Origin: Anthoceros angustus
Lineage: Eukaryota > Plantae > Anthocerotophyta
Assembly: GCA_010909165.1 (NCBI GenBank)
Contig: VJWM01000011.1
Location: 992,001 to 1,056,000, forward strand
Reading direction: 5' to 3'
DNA length: 64,000 nucleotides
Positions 39,581 through 51,753 of the stretch are shown here, in pieces. The translations under genes and the position numbers were made by a program. The notes beneath the pieces were generated by a model that did no database searches, was not told where the DNA came from, and saw only the letters and a program-made list of their open reading frames with translations. How positions within the stretch are numbered: position 1 is the first letter of the stretch; each line of letters begins with the position of its first letter.

Positions 39581-40260
39581 TCTTCATAAAGCTATACTCG
39601 TGACCTTATGGAGACACCTAAGTGGACATCTTGTGACCTTTTCCGATAAATAAGTGGATATCTATACTTCATGATCTTCTTTAGACAACTAAGTGGACAC
39701 CTATACTTCGTGACCTTCTTCAAACAACTAATTGGGCATTTAGACACTCTTCATAAAGCTATACTCGTGACCTTATGGAGACACCTAAGTGGACATCTTG
39801 TGACCTTTTCCGATAAATAAGTGGATATCTATACTTCATGACCTTCTTTAGACAACTAAGTGGACACCTATACTTCGTGACCTTCTTCAAACAACTAATT
39901 GGGCATTTAGACAACTAAGTAGACTCCTATACTTCGCGACCTTCTTTAAATAACTAATTGGACATTTAGACAACTAAGTAGACTCCTATAGTTCGTGACC
40001 TTCTTCAAACAACTAATTGGACATTTAGACAACTAAGTAGACATCTATACTTTGTTACCTTCTTCAAACAACTAAGTGGGCATCTATACTTTATGACCTT
40101 CTTCTTCTTCACACAACTAAGTGGGCATCTATACTTTATGACCTTCTTCTTCTTCACACACTAAGTGGACATCTTTACTCCGTGATCTTCTTCAGACAAT
40201 TAAGTGGTGTCCACTGTTCTTTAGAAAACTATACAAAAACTATACTTTGTGACTTTCCCA
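39581..40260 (+). repeat. Satellite of about 39 bp monomers (ACAACTAAGTGGACATCTATACTTCGTGACCTTCTTCAA-like) with a 167 bp higher-order duplication
   Basis: The block starting TCTTCATAAAGC at 39581 is repeated almost exactly at 39748; monomers continue to about 40260. Confidence 0.9.
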
Positions 40261-40489
40261 AAGAACAAAACAATCGATGTCTATTGCTCTTCATAAAGCT
40301 TTCGTATGTATCATTTTTTAGATGATAAATAATATGGGAATGTTTCATTAATAACTTTGGGGGTAAGTAGATCACACCATATCTCAACTTTCGAGATGTA
40401 GATGCAATAGATTTTTTTTATCAAATTTTTATTCAGTATAACATTCCCAACATACAGCACCTTTTTGGTGCTTTTTTTAATTAAAAAGA

Positions 40490-40590
40490 AAAGATTGGAA
40501 AACCCATCTACCCCGACCGGAGGGGGATAACCCACTAAAGGGCCAAGAGCGAAGGGGGTTAGCCCCCCCGAATGCCAACCTCAAAGATAC
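40490..40590 (-). mobile_element. 3' UTR-only copy of the CRE-like LINE
   Basis: Reverse complement aligns with 36060-36165 (GGCCCTTTAGTGGGTT...GGGGT(G/A)GATGGGTTTTCC). Confidence 0.75.
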
Positions 40591-40599
40591 CTACACCGG

Positions 40600-42350
40600 C
40601 TGGCATAATTACAACATAATGTCGGCTGGCATAATTACAACATAATGTCGGCTGGCATAATTACAACATAATGTCTATTTACAACGATAGCGGGTGTTTT
40701 ACAACTCGGTGTTTATAATGTCATCTACTCTAATTACAACACGATGTCTTTTACAACATTGGCCTATGCTTAACAAAATGACTTTTACAACATAAAATAC
40801 GCTTTTTACAACAATGTATCTTTTACAACAATTATTGTTGTTTTACAACAATATTTTTACAACAGCCAATATGCTTTTTACAATGGGGCTTCTTTCACAA
40901 CAATAGCTTGAATTTTACAACACTACTTTTACAACACATCAATCTATATTTCCAACATGATATTTTATTTTAAAAAATATCTCTAATTTAACCTTATAAT
41001 TTTCATAGTAAAGAGTTTCTGTTGTATAGGGCCACATCCATTTTACAACCAGGTTCATTATTATGCTAAATAATTTATATTTCTCCTTATAACTTGCATT
41101 GTAAAATGTAGATGTTGTAAAATTATCCATCTTTTGTACAACAAGCATGAATAAAATAATTTCATAATCAAAATTTCAATTGTAAACCACGGTGTAAATC
41201 GTGAGACATAGTTTTTTATTGCAATGTTGCGGCTTTTTACAACACTTTCTTTTTCTTAACTACGGAACTTGAAGGTTTTAAACACATCGGTTTACAAGAG
41301 ATCAAACTTAAAGAGAGTTTATGGGTTACATGGACAAGCTATTAAAACTGGAACCACTAACAAAATGAACTTATGCATCCGTATTTCCTTCTAAAACAAG
41401 TCGTTTTCCTCGTGCACTAGTCCCGAAAACTATCTTATTGTCATGCAGAGAAAAGTCTGAACTAGTTTAGGTGACAAGGGTAAAGGGTTCATCTTGGACT
41501 CTTGTAGAGCGATAAAAAGATTTGGGGTCACTATGTGCATTCCGACGTGTCTGTCTCTCAAGCCCTTGCGATGATCCTTTGCATCTTCATTATAAATTGG
41601 TTTGAACCACTTGACCTTCAAAAACATTTTAGTTGTTCGTACCCTAGAGTCAACCTTAAAAATTTTTGACACTGTGCCAACATATGGCATATCAATGACA
41701 TTTTCATCACCTAGTGTGCCTAGGATGGAAGCCCAAAGTCAACCTTTAAAATTTTGGTACTATGCTAACATATGGCATATCAGTGCCATTTCCATCACCC
41801 AATGTGCATAGGATCCATCGACGGACAATTTCATTGTGACATTTATATGTACAACATGGAGGTGGTGCTGTGGTGCCGTACTTGTTTTATAATAGAATAA
41901 CCAGAGTGGTACTTATTCTACTATTGAAAAGTGTTATGTATGATGGGCCGCACTTGTAGACGTGAATATGGTACTTGTTTTATAATAGAATAACCAGAGT
42001 GGTACTTATTCTACTATTGAAAAGTGTTATGTATGATGGGCCGCACTTGTAGACGTGAATATGGTGCGATGCTTATTCACCATGATGAAAAAACAAGGAC
42101 ATAGAGGTGGTGCTTATTTTATAATTGAAAAGTGTCATGTTTGATGGGCCACAAAAATAAGGACATGGAGGTGGTGCTTATTTTATAATAGAAAAATGTC
42201 ATGTATGATGGGCCGCACTTGTAGACGTGAAGGTGGTGCCGGGCTTATTTACCATAGTAAAAAAATAAGGACATAGAGGTGGTACCGTAGTGAAAAAACA
42301 AGGACGTAGAGGTGGTACCGTGGTTGTTCTACAAGGTGAAAAACAAGTAG
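40600..42350 (-). mobile_element. Probable CACTA (En/Spm) remnant with subterminal-like repeats and a 93 bp tandem repeat
   Basis: 41430-41700 reads YVGTVSKIFKVD...FLKVKWFK...DEPF, like the transposase C-terminal DUF4216 region. About 20 TTACAAC motifs in 40600-41260, mostly direct with a few inverted. 93 bp unit at 41878 and 41971. No CACTA terminus found. Confidence 0.5.
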
Positions 42351-42959
42351 AAAACGACACTCAAATGGACAAGAGGTGCAAAATTGCTTGCTCACACTTC
42401 CATATAGGGCCTATGAAGCCTTAAGATTTCTTGAAGGTGACAAGATTTGATCTCCCTTTCCTATGAGTGTGGAAAGAAGGCTCTACCACTCCACTAACTC
42501 ATCCACCATGACACTTATTGGTCTAAGGTTGTTATTATTAGATTTTTAAACCGGGAGAACACACCATCTCTCTTGTTTTCTCTGTCCAAGCGTTGGACTT
42601 GTGTGCAAAGCCCGGGATCGAAGTGCGTGCTGCCGGGTGGGCGCGTCGGTGGTTGGAGGCGGCCGAGTGGGCGCGTCGGTGGTTGGAGGCGGCCGAGTGG
42701 GCGGGTCGGTGGTTGTAGGCGGCCGGGGAGCTGGAGGAGGGGTGTGGAGCTGCATCCGGCATGGCAGTAGGGTTTGGCAGCTTAGGAAGATGGATGATGC
42801 ATCGCTACATGGCAATGCCTCAGCAGCAACTCCTGCACAACTGGGCAAGGGTGGTACTTTGTTGGATTCCCTCTCATGGTATGGCCCTGGAAGGGCTACA
42901 AGGAGCTTAGCATTGTCTGGCATTTTGGGATGGTGGTGAAGGTCTCTTGCTAATTTTCC

Positions 42960-44770
42960 ATGGCTATTCTGTAGGGTATATGGACGCTCTTTGTGTGGTA
43001 AATAACTGCTCTCCTTGGCCTTCGAGAACATGACGTCGTGAACAGTGTCATGCGTAGCGATACGTTGCCCTCCAATTGAATAGCGAGTTAGGTTGGACCG
43101 TGAGTCCTCAAAGGGGGCCCCACAGTTGCAAGCTGAGAGAGAACAGGCCATAGGCAAGACCAAACCCAGGTAGAACCTTATCGCAATAAAAAAAGAAGTT
43201 GATGCGATTTGGAACGCCTAGATGCAAGGCCAAGCCAAGCTGGGAGCTCCTTCCGAGCAAGAGCGGATGCGGCACGAATAACCGGAGAGTAGTATTAAAA
43301 GGATTGCCGGCTACCGCCTGCATCGCTTCTCGGGAGAGAGCTGAGGCCACGCACCTTCCACGGAAAACGAGGAAAAGGGAGGCATGGCCACCCTAGCCTC
43401 GGAGGAAAGGGAGTCCCTGGCCAACTTAAGGGAAGTCTACAAAGGGAAGGTCCCCTCCTCAACACGCGAGACGAAGGCCTCCAAGATGGAAACATCTCGG
43501 ATTAAGAAACGAGCGTGAAGACGGGGGCAGAAAGAGCCCAGCTCCCAAGGAAGGCCGCCGGCGCCAAGGCCTCCATGGCCAGCAGACCTATGCCCCCAAA
43601 AGCGATAGGAAGGGACACCTACCGCTGAGCAAGGCCCCCTACGACACACTCGAAGATCCCCCGCCCGGTAAAGCTCCAAGTGCCTGTATAATCTGAAGAT
43701 CAAAATTCCGCGGGCTTAATAGAAAGGCTGGGGAGGGAGCCATCGTCCTGGTGAGGTAACCCGGCCGACGCACGAAGCAGGATGAAAGCATGCCAAATGC
43801 CACATGAGGGCCCCTTAATAGAGATAGGTCACTGACGTGGGCCAAGTCCTCCTTCAAAGCCTTATCCACAAAACCTGAATAAAAGACGGGGGTCCCAAGA
43901 GGACCCCCAAGACGCGAAGTCCCTGTGAAAGAACTATGTCCCCCCTAGGAAATTAAAGAGAGGGAGTAATGCTAGACAGGGACCAAACCTTGCACTTTAG
44001 AATCTTGACCCTCTAACCCACGTGGAAGAGCTTGGAGGAGAAGAGTGTCAAAGCTTCTCTGACCTTGCCCCCAGGTCCTAAGATATGAGTGTTGTCCGCC
44101 ACGGACGAAAAGAGACACTCCTCGACCGCGTCGGCAGTAACGACAAGGACCCTGAATTGTGTAACGGCAAAGAAGGCACCCTCCAAGGGATCCCCTGCCT
44201 CGTGCCGGTCGCCGAGTCCAGCATAGAAACACCTTCCTTAGATGGTCAGTGCGGAAAGTAGAGGGTAGACGGAGAACCATAGAAAGAGCGGACAAAAGGA
44301 ATAAGACTTGCTAGGTGCCCGCCTGCATCCTTGAGCTCTGTAAAAATTGTCATCCTAAAGATCGTGTTGAAAGCGTTCTCGACGTCCACCTGCAAGGCGA
44401 CCCAATCTTGATGTGACTCCACAACAGTTGCGATACCAAATGCGGCCAACTTATAACCCCGCGGAGTGGCAATCCCAAATTGGGGGGGGCAAAGATGCCC
44501 TTGGAACTGCTCCCTAAGTTAGATAGCAATGCTGTGACCTATGAGGCGTAAGAATTCCTCCCCAACGGTAATAGGGCGCACCGCAGGCGTGGGCTTCTCC
44601 ATAGCCAATAACCTGCTGGCCCCCAATACCCGAGAGATCTGGTGAGGAGTCTCACCCCTGGCCATTGCCGTCGCTAGAATGAAGAGCTCCGAGAAACTGC
44701 TAGAAGGATCCTCGGGAGCAAAGTAATCCCGAAGGTGATCGCAGACTGTCCTAGATAAGTCGAGACAAAA
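42960..44770 (-). mobile_element. RLE-type (CRE-like) non-LTR retrotransposon remnant with reverse transcriptase and zinc-knuckle region
   Basis: ASRLLAMEK...VRPITVG, LQVDVENAFNTIFR, GTRQGDPL, VADN at the YADD position, then CNCGAPF...GGQRIATHD. Many frameshifts. 42980-43330 is homologous to 35095-35480. Confidence 0.85.
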
Positions 44771-44999
44771 AAAGCTCCTCGGGCATGTACTACCGGATAT
44801 ATAATGTGGAATGAGGTCATGAGATGTTACTTGGTGTAGATGGGATCATCCACAAGATATAAAAAGAGAAACAATTTAGAGAGAGCTGTGTGAAAGTTGG
44901 GTTATTATTTGCCTTGTGCTCTTCGGTTGATTAGGGCTTTCGACAGGCAGTCGTTACGGTTTGCTTCCGCACAGTGCGCGGGCTTTGGAACAGAGGAGA

Positions 45000-47252
45000 A
45001 TGGGGACCAGTGTGCAGCTGAAGCCTCTGATGGGGGCATACTCGGAGTCCCCGCTTTGCTACCTTCTGGTTGTGGATGGCTTTAACATCTTGCTGGATTG
45101 TGGGTGGACTGATGCATTCAACACAGCGGATCTGAAGGAGCTTGTGGATGTGGCTCCGACAGTGGACGCCGTGCTTCTCTCGCACCCGGACACAATGCAC
45201 CTAGGAGCGTTGGCATACGCGGCAGGAAAGCTGAAATTGACCGCCCCAGCTTATTGCACAGAGCCTGTGCACAGACTGGGGCTCATGTACATGTATGACC
45301 ATTTCTTCTCCAGGAGGGCGGTGTCCAACTTCGACGTCTTTACCATGGAGGATGTAGACCTGGCTTTTGATAACACTATCCGGCTCAAGTACTCGCAGGA
45401 CTATCCGCTGGCGGACAAGGGGGAGGGGATCACCATCACGCCCTACGCAGCTGGACGGTTGTTGGGTGGGACGGTGTGGAAGATCAGTAAGGACACTGAG
45501 GACATCATTTATGCTGTGGATTATAATCACAGGAAGGAGAGGCATTTGAATGGAACTGTGCTGGAGACGATTATTCGACCTGCTGTGCTCATCACCGATG
45601 CCTATAATGCTCTGGTGATGCAACCGCCTCGGCAGAAGAGGGATCAGGATTTTATGGACCTGGTGCTAAAGCATTTGAGGGCTAATGGGAATGTTCTGCT
45701 CCCTGTGGAGACTGCAGGACGTGTGTTGGAGTTGATTCTTTTCTTGGAGCATACATGGGCTCATCATCACTTGCCCTATCCTTTGGCCTTTTTAAGCAAT
45801 GTTGCTGATAGTACGATAGAGTCTGCCAAGAGTTTGCTGGAGTGGATGAGTGATGCCATCAATAAGTCATTTGAGCAGACTCGAGATAATCCCTTTCTGT
45901 TCAAGTGTTTGAAGCTGTGCCACAACCGAAAGGAGTTTGATGAGCTGCCTCTGGGACCCAAGGTGGTGCTTGCCTCCGTGGCCAGCTTGGAAGCAGGATT
46001 TGCGCGCGATCTGTTCACCGAGTGGGCGGGAGATGAGAACAGCATGGTGCTTTTCACCGAGAAGGGACAGGTGGGTACTTTTGCTCGAACCTTTTTGCAG
46101 GTTACTCCTGCTCCACAAGCGGTGATGGTGAGTATGAGTAGGAAGATTCCGCTGACTGGGGAGGAGCTTAGAGTGTATGAGGAGGAGCAGGCCAGGCTCA
46201 GAGAGCAGGAGAAAAAGGAGAGGGAATTGAAGGCTCTGAAGGCTGCTGAAGAGCAGCTTCAAGCGCAGCTTCAATCGCAGCTTCAAGCGAATGGCACCAG
46301 CGGTGAGCAGGTGGATGAGGATTCTATGGCTCTGGAGGTAAGCGGGGCTGTTACTACTGCTGCAGAAGGAGCTACTGCCGTAGCCCTGGTGCAGCATTAC
46401 GGGGATGTTCTGGTCGATGGCTTCAGACCACCACCAGAAGCTGTGGCCCCGATGTTTCCTGACGATGCCAAATTCAGTGAGTGGGATGAGTTCGGAGAGG
46501 TCATCAACCCTGACGACTATGTGTCTACAGAGGAGGTAGTAGGTTATACGTCTACCATGCTTCCTTTGATCGAAGAGGCAGGAGAGAAGCTGGACAGCGA
46601 AGCCGTCGATTTGCTGTTACATGATGCACCTTCCAAGGTGGTCACAAGTGACCTTATGGTGCCTGTGCGATGTGATCTTTCTTACCTGGACTTTGAGGGC
46701 AGGTCTGATGGGCGTTCCATCAAAAACATTCTGCAGCATGTGGTTCCCCTCAAACTTGTGCTGATCCATGGCTCGGCTGAGGCGACTGAGCACCTGAAGC
46801 AGCACTGCCTGAAACATGTTACCCCATCCGTGTTCACTCCGCACGTGGGCGAGACCGTGGACGTGACATCGGACCTGTGTGCGTTCAAGGTCACTCTAAC
46901 AGAGCAGCTCATGAGCAATGTGATCTTCAGGAAAGTGGGCGAGTATGAACTATCGTGGGTGGATGGCACAGTTGGAGAGAAGGGGGATGACGACATGCTC
47001 TCACTACTACCAGTTCCTGCTCCTCCTCCACACAAAGCTGTCCTGGTAGAGGACCTTCGACTCGCAGACTTCCGGCACCTTCTGGCCACCAAGGGAGTGC
47101 AAGCAGAGTTCTCCGGAGGCATCTTGCGGTGCGGCAACCACATCTCTGTGCGGAAGGTCAGCAGCGGCCATCAGGTGGTCATCGAAGGCCCTCTCTGCGA
47201 GGACTACTACAAGATTCGTGAACTATTGTACTCTCAGTTCCACATGTTCTAA
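45000..47252 (+). CDS. CPSF100: Cleavage and polyadenylation specificity factor 100 kDa subunit (CPSF2), single uninterrupted ORF of 750 codons
   Basis: MGTSVQ...LLDCGW...DAVLLSHPDTMHLGAL (degenerate metallo-beta-lactamase motif of the inactive subunit), AVDYNHRKERHLNG, DFEGRSDGRSIKNIL, LVLIHGS and IEGPLCEDYYKIRELLYSQF. Confidence 0.97.
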   Translation: MGTSVQLKPLMGAYSESPLCYLLVVDGFNILLDCGWTDAFNTADLKELVDVAPTVDAVLLSHPDTMHLGALAYAAGKLKLTAPAYCTEPVHRLGLMYMYDHFFSRRAVSNFDVFTMEDVDLAFDNTIRLKYSQDYPLADKGEGITITPYAAGRLLGGTVWKISKDTEDIIYAVDYNHRKERHLNGTVLETIIRPAVLITDAYNALVMQPPRQKRDQDFMDLVLKHLRANGNVLLPVETAGRVLELILFLEHTWAHHHLPYPLAFLSNVADSTIESAKSLLEWMSDAINKSFEQTRDNPFLFKCLKLCHNRKEFDELPLGPKVVLASVASLEAGFARDLFTEWAGDENSMVLFTEKGQVGTFARTFLQVTPAPQAVMVSMSRKIPLTGEELRVYEEEQARLREQEKKERELKALKAAEEQLQAQLQSQLQANGTSGEQVDEDSMALEVSGAVTTAAEGATAVALVQHYGDVLVDGFRPPPEAVAPMFPDDAKFSEWDEFGEVINPDDYVSTEEVVGYTSTMLPLIEEAGEKLDSEAVDLLLHDAPSKVVTSDLMVPVRCDLSYLDFEGRSDGRSIKNILQHVVPLKLVLIHGSAEATEHLKQHCLKHVTPSVFTPHVGETVDVTSDLCAFKVTLTEQLMSNVIFRKVGEYELSWVDGTVGEKGDDDMLSLLPVPAPPPHKAVLVEDLRLADFRHLLATKGVQAEFSGGILRCGNHISVRKVSSGHQVVIEGPLCEDYYKIRELLYSQFHMF

Positions 47253-47855
47253 GCTTTTCGGACATCCCACTTCCTTTTTTCCCAACATCCTGGAGTCTCC
47301 ACCCCTGTTGAGGACCCGAAGAACGTCAACAAGATCAGGAAAGCCTCCAGTCTCCAGCCTCCAAGACTCCGTGCTCCTCCGATGGTATGTCCTTTGTTTC
47401 AGAGGCTCTGGATTCTGACTGGAGCGGAGCCTGTAGAGTGGCTCTCAGTCCATCTAACCACAGGTCTGGATTGAATGCAGCTAGCAATAGGTGACTGTAA
47501 CAAAGACTTCAGCTGGAACGTGAAGGTGGTCTCACAGACGTGTATTGTGTAGGTGAAATCAGGCACTGCGTTCTTTTTGTCACCTCCATCCTTCGTGGCT
47601 GTGCGCTAACAGCACCTCTGTACTGCACGCAGGACTCACAAGAAAAGCTGGAAGAGGAGGGCTGTCATGCCAGTGCTCTGCGACGGTACCAAACCAACCT
47701 CAAGCCAAGCCATGTGAGAAGCATATATTCACTTAGATATAACCGTCTTTCAAATTCATTGAAGCACAGAGTTCTACATGTGACCAAGACTCGTTATTCT
47801 AATCACAGCAGAAACGCCATCAGGGCGGTTGCATCTCACTTCAACAGCTCAGGAT

Positions 47856-49150
47856 CTAGCGACGGCACACCATGCCGAGTCCGGTGGCGCCCCCGGAGCC
47901 GCAGGTGACAGGCTTCACATCCTCCAGCAGCCCGGAAGCTTCCGCGTCCGCGGCGGTGCCGGCGACGGCGAAGCGGGAGACAGCGCAGTCAGGCGCCATG
48001 ATCCCGGTCGTGATGTACTTCTCCATGCCGCCCATGCTGGGGATGCGCGCATTCCGCTGCTGCTGCTGGGGCATCTCGAAGTGAGGCGCGTAGGTCTGGC
48101 CCAGCACGCCGCTCACCTGGCCGGAGAGCCGCGCGAACTCGAAGCTTACGTCCAGGTGCGCCATGACGTCGGTGCCGAAGGCGACGCCGTACCCGTGCTC
48201 GGCGTTATCCGCCTCGCTAACCGGGGTGACGTACACGGTGAGCTTCACGTACCCGGCGATCTCCACGGTGGCGGCGTTGGCGGGCTCGGTGCGGACGACC
48301 TTGACGCCGTAGGCGGCGTCCTCCCAGGTGGCGCCTGCGCCCAGCGGTAGCTCCACCGGCACGGAGTTGAGCACCAGCACCAGCTGGTCCTGCGCCTGGT
48401 CCCATTGCGCCACCCGGCGCGCGCCCACGTACAGCTGGTTGCTCCCGAACAGCACTCCCAGCGACTGCACCCACGTGAAATCATGCTTGACAGTGGATCC
48501 CGTCAGCCCGATGAAGTGCGCGTTGATGTGCAGGTCGGAGTCGGAAACCAGGCAGAAGTCGGCGTTCTTGATCCCGTGGAAGTAGAATTCCTGGCCGCTC
48601 TGGGTCTTCATCACCGGGTCCTTGCAGACAGATCCATAGCCGCACCGCGGGGCCGCTGCATTCCATCCATTTGCACACGATTTGCACCTTGTCAACAAGA
48701 AGAACGACGGGTTCCATGTCTAAACTATGAAACACAAGTGAATCGTAGCTGGCATGTCTGTGGAGCGCATTCAAACTATGACTTCCAGACAAGGGACTTA
48801 ACAGATGGAACGAGGGTAGGCTTGCTTTTGTTCTCTTGTATAATCAGCATCTCAACTGTCTAAACAAGCTTTTGAGGATCCGAATTGCCTACTAAATGCC
48901 TGGGCAAGCATGGTCTACGGATCTAAACTACCTCATTCCTCACACCATGCAAGAGGGTTGAAAGCATGCAAGCGAAATCATCTAGAACTTCCAATCCATG
49001 TTGGGTGAGGAGCAGGTTGGACTTACGAGGTGGAGACTTGCGACGATACGGAGGACTCTTCCCACCACCCTTTTTGGACTCATTAGCAGCAATGCCCTGT
49101 GCTAGTGCCAAAACCACCACCAACATAACCGGCAAAACATACTTGGCCAT
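47856..49150 (-). CDS. Secreted root-cap/LEA-related protein (Root_cap domain); junction between exon 1 and the main exon unresolved
   Basis: Signal peptide MAKYVLPVMLVVVLALAQG plus SPP motifs in exon 1 (49150-49027). Main exon has VCKDP...FYFHG...DFCLVSDSDLHINAHFIG...DFTWVQSLG...AHLDVSFEF...VSGVLGQTY...GMVCRR*. Confidence 0.85.
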
Positions 49151-50908
49151 TTTCGCAAGAGAATGACTCAGGTATGCCGAAAGCCAGGAAACTTGAGAGA
49201 CCAAGGAATGTGATATTGGGATAGTGTGCACCACCTTATATACTGGTAGCACTTGTTATGAACGTGGATAACATGCACTAGATGTTGAAATACGGGCTTC
49301 CTGGTTTTGAAATGTTGCTTCGTACTGCAAACATGTGAGCAATATAGTAGAACATGATAACAACAAAGAGACAAGATATTGAAACGGGGTAAGAATCAAC
49401 TTGTACTAACTTAAATCTGTAATCAGACAATGCAGCATGATGGAAGAGTGCTGACAAGTAAGATGTATAGATGAGCTTGACTTAAAAAGGAATATCGACA
49501 AAAGTGGTTGCAGTTCGGGGGCAAGTCTGACGGGGGCTGACAGCCTTCCGTTCCGTTTCTCGTCTGGTAAAGGGTACGAGAGCCTGTTAGGATATGTGTC
49601 AAGAGGCAGACTGAAACCTCAGCTGGACGAGAGCACTGTTGGATTCGTGCGAACAGGCCGACTGAAACATGCGCTCCAGCTCGACGTGGGTGTACGCTGC
49701 TTGTCTTGGGCAGGACAAGACACGAGGGAAACAAGATCGAAGCAGGGCGGGCACCAGAGGAAACAAGAAAAATGCCACTAGGTGGTGCTACGCGAAGCCT
49801 TCCAAGATCCTGCAATCTGAGCATGCAGCAACGTTCTGAATTGAATGATGCAATAAGCTAGTGCGTTTTCTTTGATGCTGGCTGAGCAGCAGCCGATGAT
49901 GCGCTGTGAACGTGACTTGAGCCATGCTCAGCGGAGCTGCAGCTAGCTGCCCAAGGTGCTTTGGAGCTGCCTGGGACTGCACAGGACAGAACAGAACAGG
50001 CCAGCAGGTATTGAGAGAGACAGAAGCAGAGCAGCATCACAAGAAGCCCAAACATGGTGATTTTTTCCACTGTTCGGAGGTTAGTCTACCTTGCACAGTA
50101 CTGAGGCAAATTCGGAAGTTAGTCTACATTCGAAACTCCATCATCTGGCTGCCTGGCAAATTTGCAAAATCCATGAGGGTTTGCACTATGTGGTCTCTCT
50201 CTTGTGTCTTGACTCGTTCTGGTGTCGTGAACTGGAGACAGAGAGGTGAGCCGTCGCTGAAGACACTGCTGCTGCACTGCAGTTGGAGATATCAAGGTTG
50301 CAGTATCTCACACTGAGAAATCGATCCTGTCGCTGTGTTCTTGGACATCTTCTATGTTTCCTGACCAGTCATAGAAATGCAGGTTACGGGACATAAGTGA
50401 ATGTTGGGTTTTCAAAGCTATCTATGCACATGCTTGTGGGAGACGAAGCCAAACAAACTTTCGCTACACTTGGCAAAAGGAAAGAAAAGAAAACTTTTCC
50501 CGACCGCTGGTCCAGCTCGGCCTGTACGATGCGCCATGTGGGCAGGACAAAACAAGAAGCAACACGGGGCGAGTTCTGGAGGAAGGAGAAACAGGGCAGA
50601 AGGGCAAACAAGAAAAGAGTGCCAAGTGTTGCGACAGCATAGGTTTCCAGATTGAGCAATGTGGACATGCAGTAACAGAATAGAGCTCCAGCCAGTGCTC
50701 TTCTTTTCACAATGCTATCCAATGCTGGCCGGGCAGGCAGGAAGCGATGAGCCTGTAAGAGAACAGCCGTGTTTCCGTGCTTCTGGAAGGAAGTGCGCCG
50801 ACCGATTGCACTTGTGAGGTTCGCGGCAATCTGTGTGCGTAAGAGCAAGAGGCTGGACTGGAAGAGGGGCTGGACAGGTGTTGAGAGAGGGGGAGGAGGT
50901 GGGCACCC

Positions 50909-51753
50909 ATGACAGATCGACAGAGGCCCAGATTCTTCGCTTTCTTCGGCCAGCCGGTGCAGGAGACGATTGTGAAGAAGCAAGCGCAACCCGGTGACAA
51001 AAAGAAAGGGAAGGAGAAGTGCGTCACCATGAGCGCGACTGCTCTAGGCACGGTGGCGGCGCTGGGCAGCGCTGCCGCTGCCCTGTATGCCATCCGGCCC
51101 CGGGACCCCATCTTCGAGGTGTTGGACATCAACCTCAAGGGCTTCAAGCTCAACAGAAAGACGCTCATGGTGGCTATCGACGTGGAGCTGGTGCTGTCCA
51201 TCAAGGTCATCAACCCCAACGTGACGCCCATCGAGTACACCAGCACTGTGATGGATATATACTACCGGGGTGATCTTCTTGGCCAGGCCAAGGTATCTGG
51301 GCATCCTCCTTCATTCAGCGCAAGATTGGGCTATGCTTGAGGGGTAGGAAAGAAAGGTGGGTGTTGAAGTCGGTGGTGTTTGAAAATGCAGGTTGCTGCT
51401 GGGCAGCAGGAGGCCAAGTCCGCACAGGTCATCGAAGTTCCAGCCAAGCTGGATGGCTTGGAGTTGACGAGTAACTTGAAGAACCTTTTCGCTGATGTGA
51501 CGAGGAGGGAGATGACCATGACGTCGGTGGTGACTATCAAAGGAGTGGCCAGAGTATGGCAGTGGAGTCACAGTTTTGAGGTGGGCCTCATAGCACATGT
51601 TCCTCCTTCATCTTGTTGCATCAGGTTGCAGAAGATCTAACGTGAGTGAGATGGCAGGTCCATGTTAGAAGTGATATCAAAGTGGACCCCATTTTCCTGG
51701 ATGTTCTAGAGCAAGACAACAAGGTGGAGCTCGAACTGGAGCCATTGTTGTGA
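50909..51753 (+). CDS. LEA_2/WHy-domain protein with N-terminal transmembrane segment, three exons
   Basis: RPRDPIFEV...IDVELVLSIKVINPNVTPIEYTST.MDIYYRGDLLGQAK|VAAGQQ...VPAKLDG...WSHSFE|VHVRSDIKVDPIFLDVLEQDNK; all junctions phase 0 GT-AG. Confidence 0.88.

Noticed and set aside
50384-50989. 201-codon minus-strand ORF between the root-cap and LEA_2 genes
   Set aside because: No motif, non-ATG start, and it overlaps the LEA_2 start and promoter; most likely spurious.
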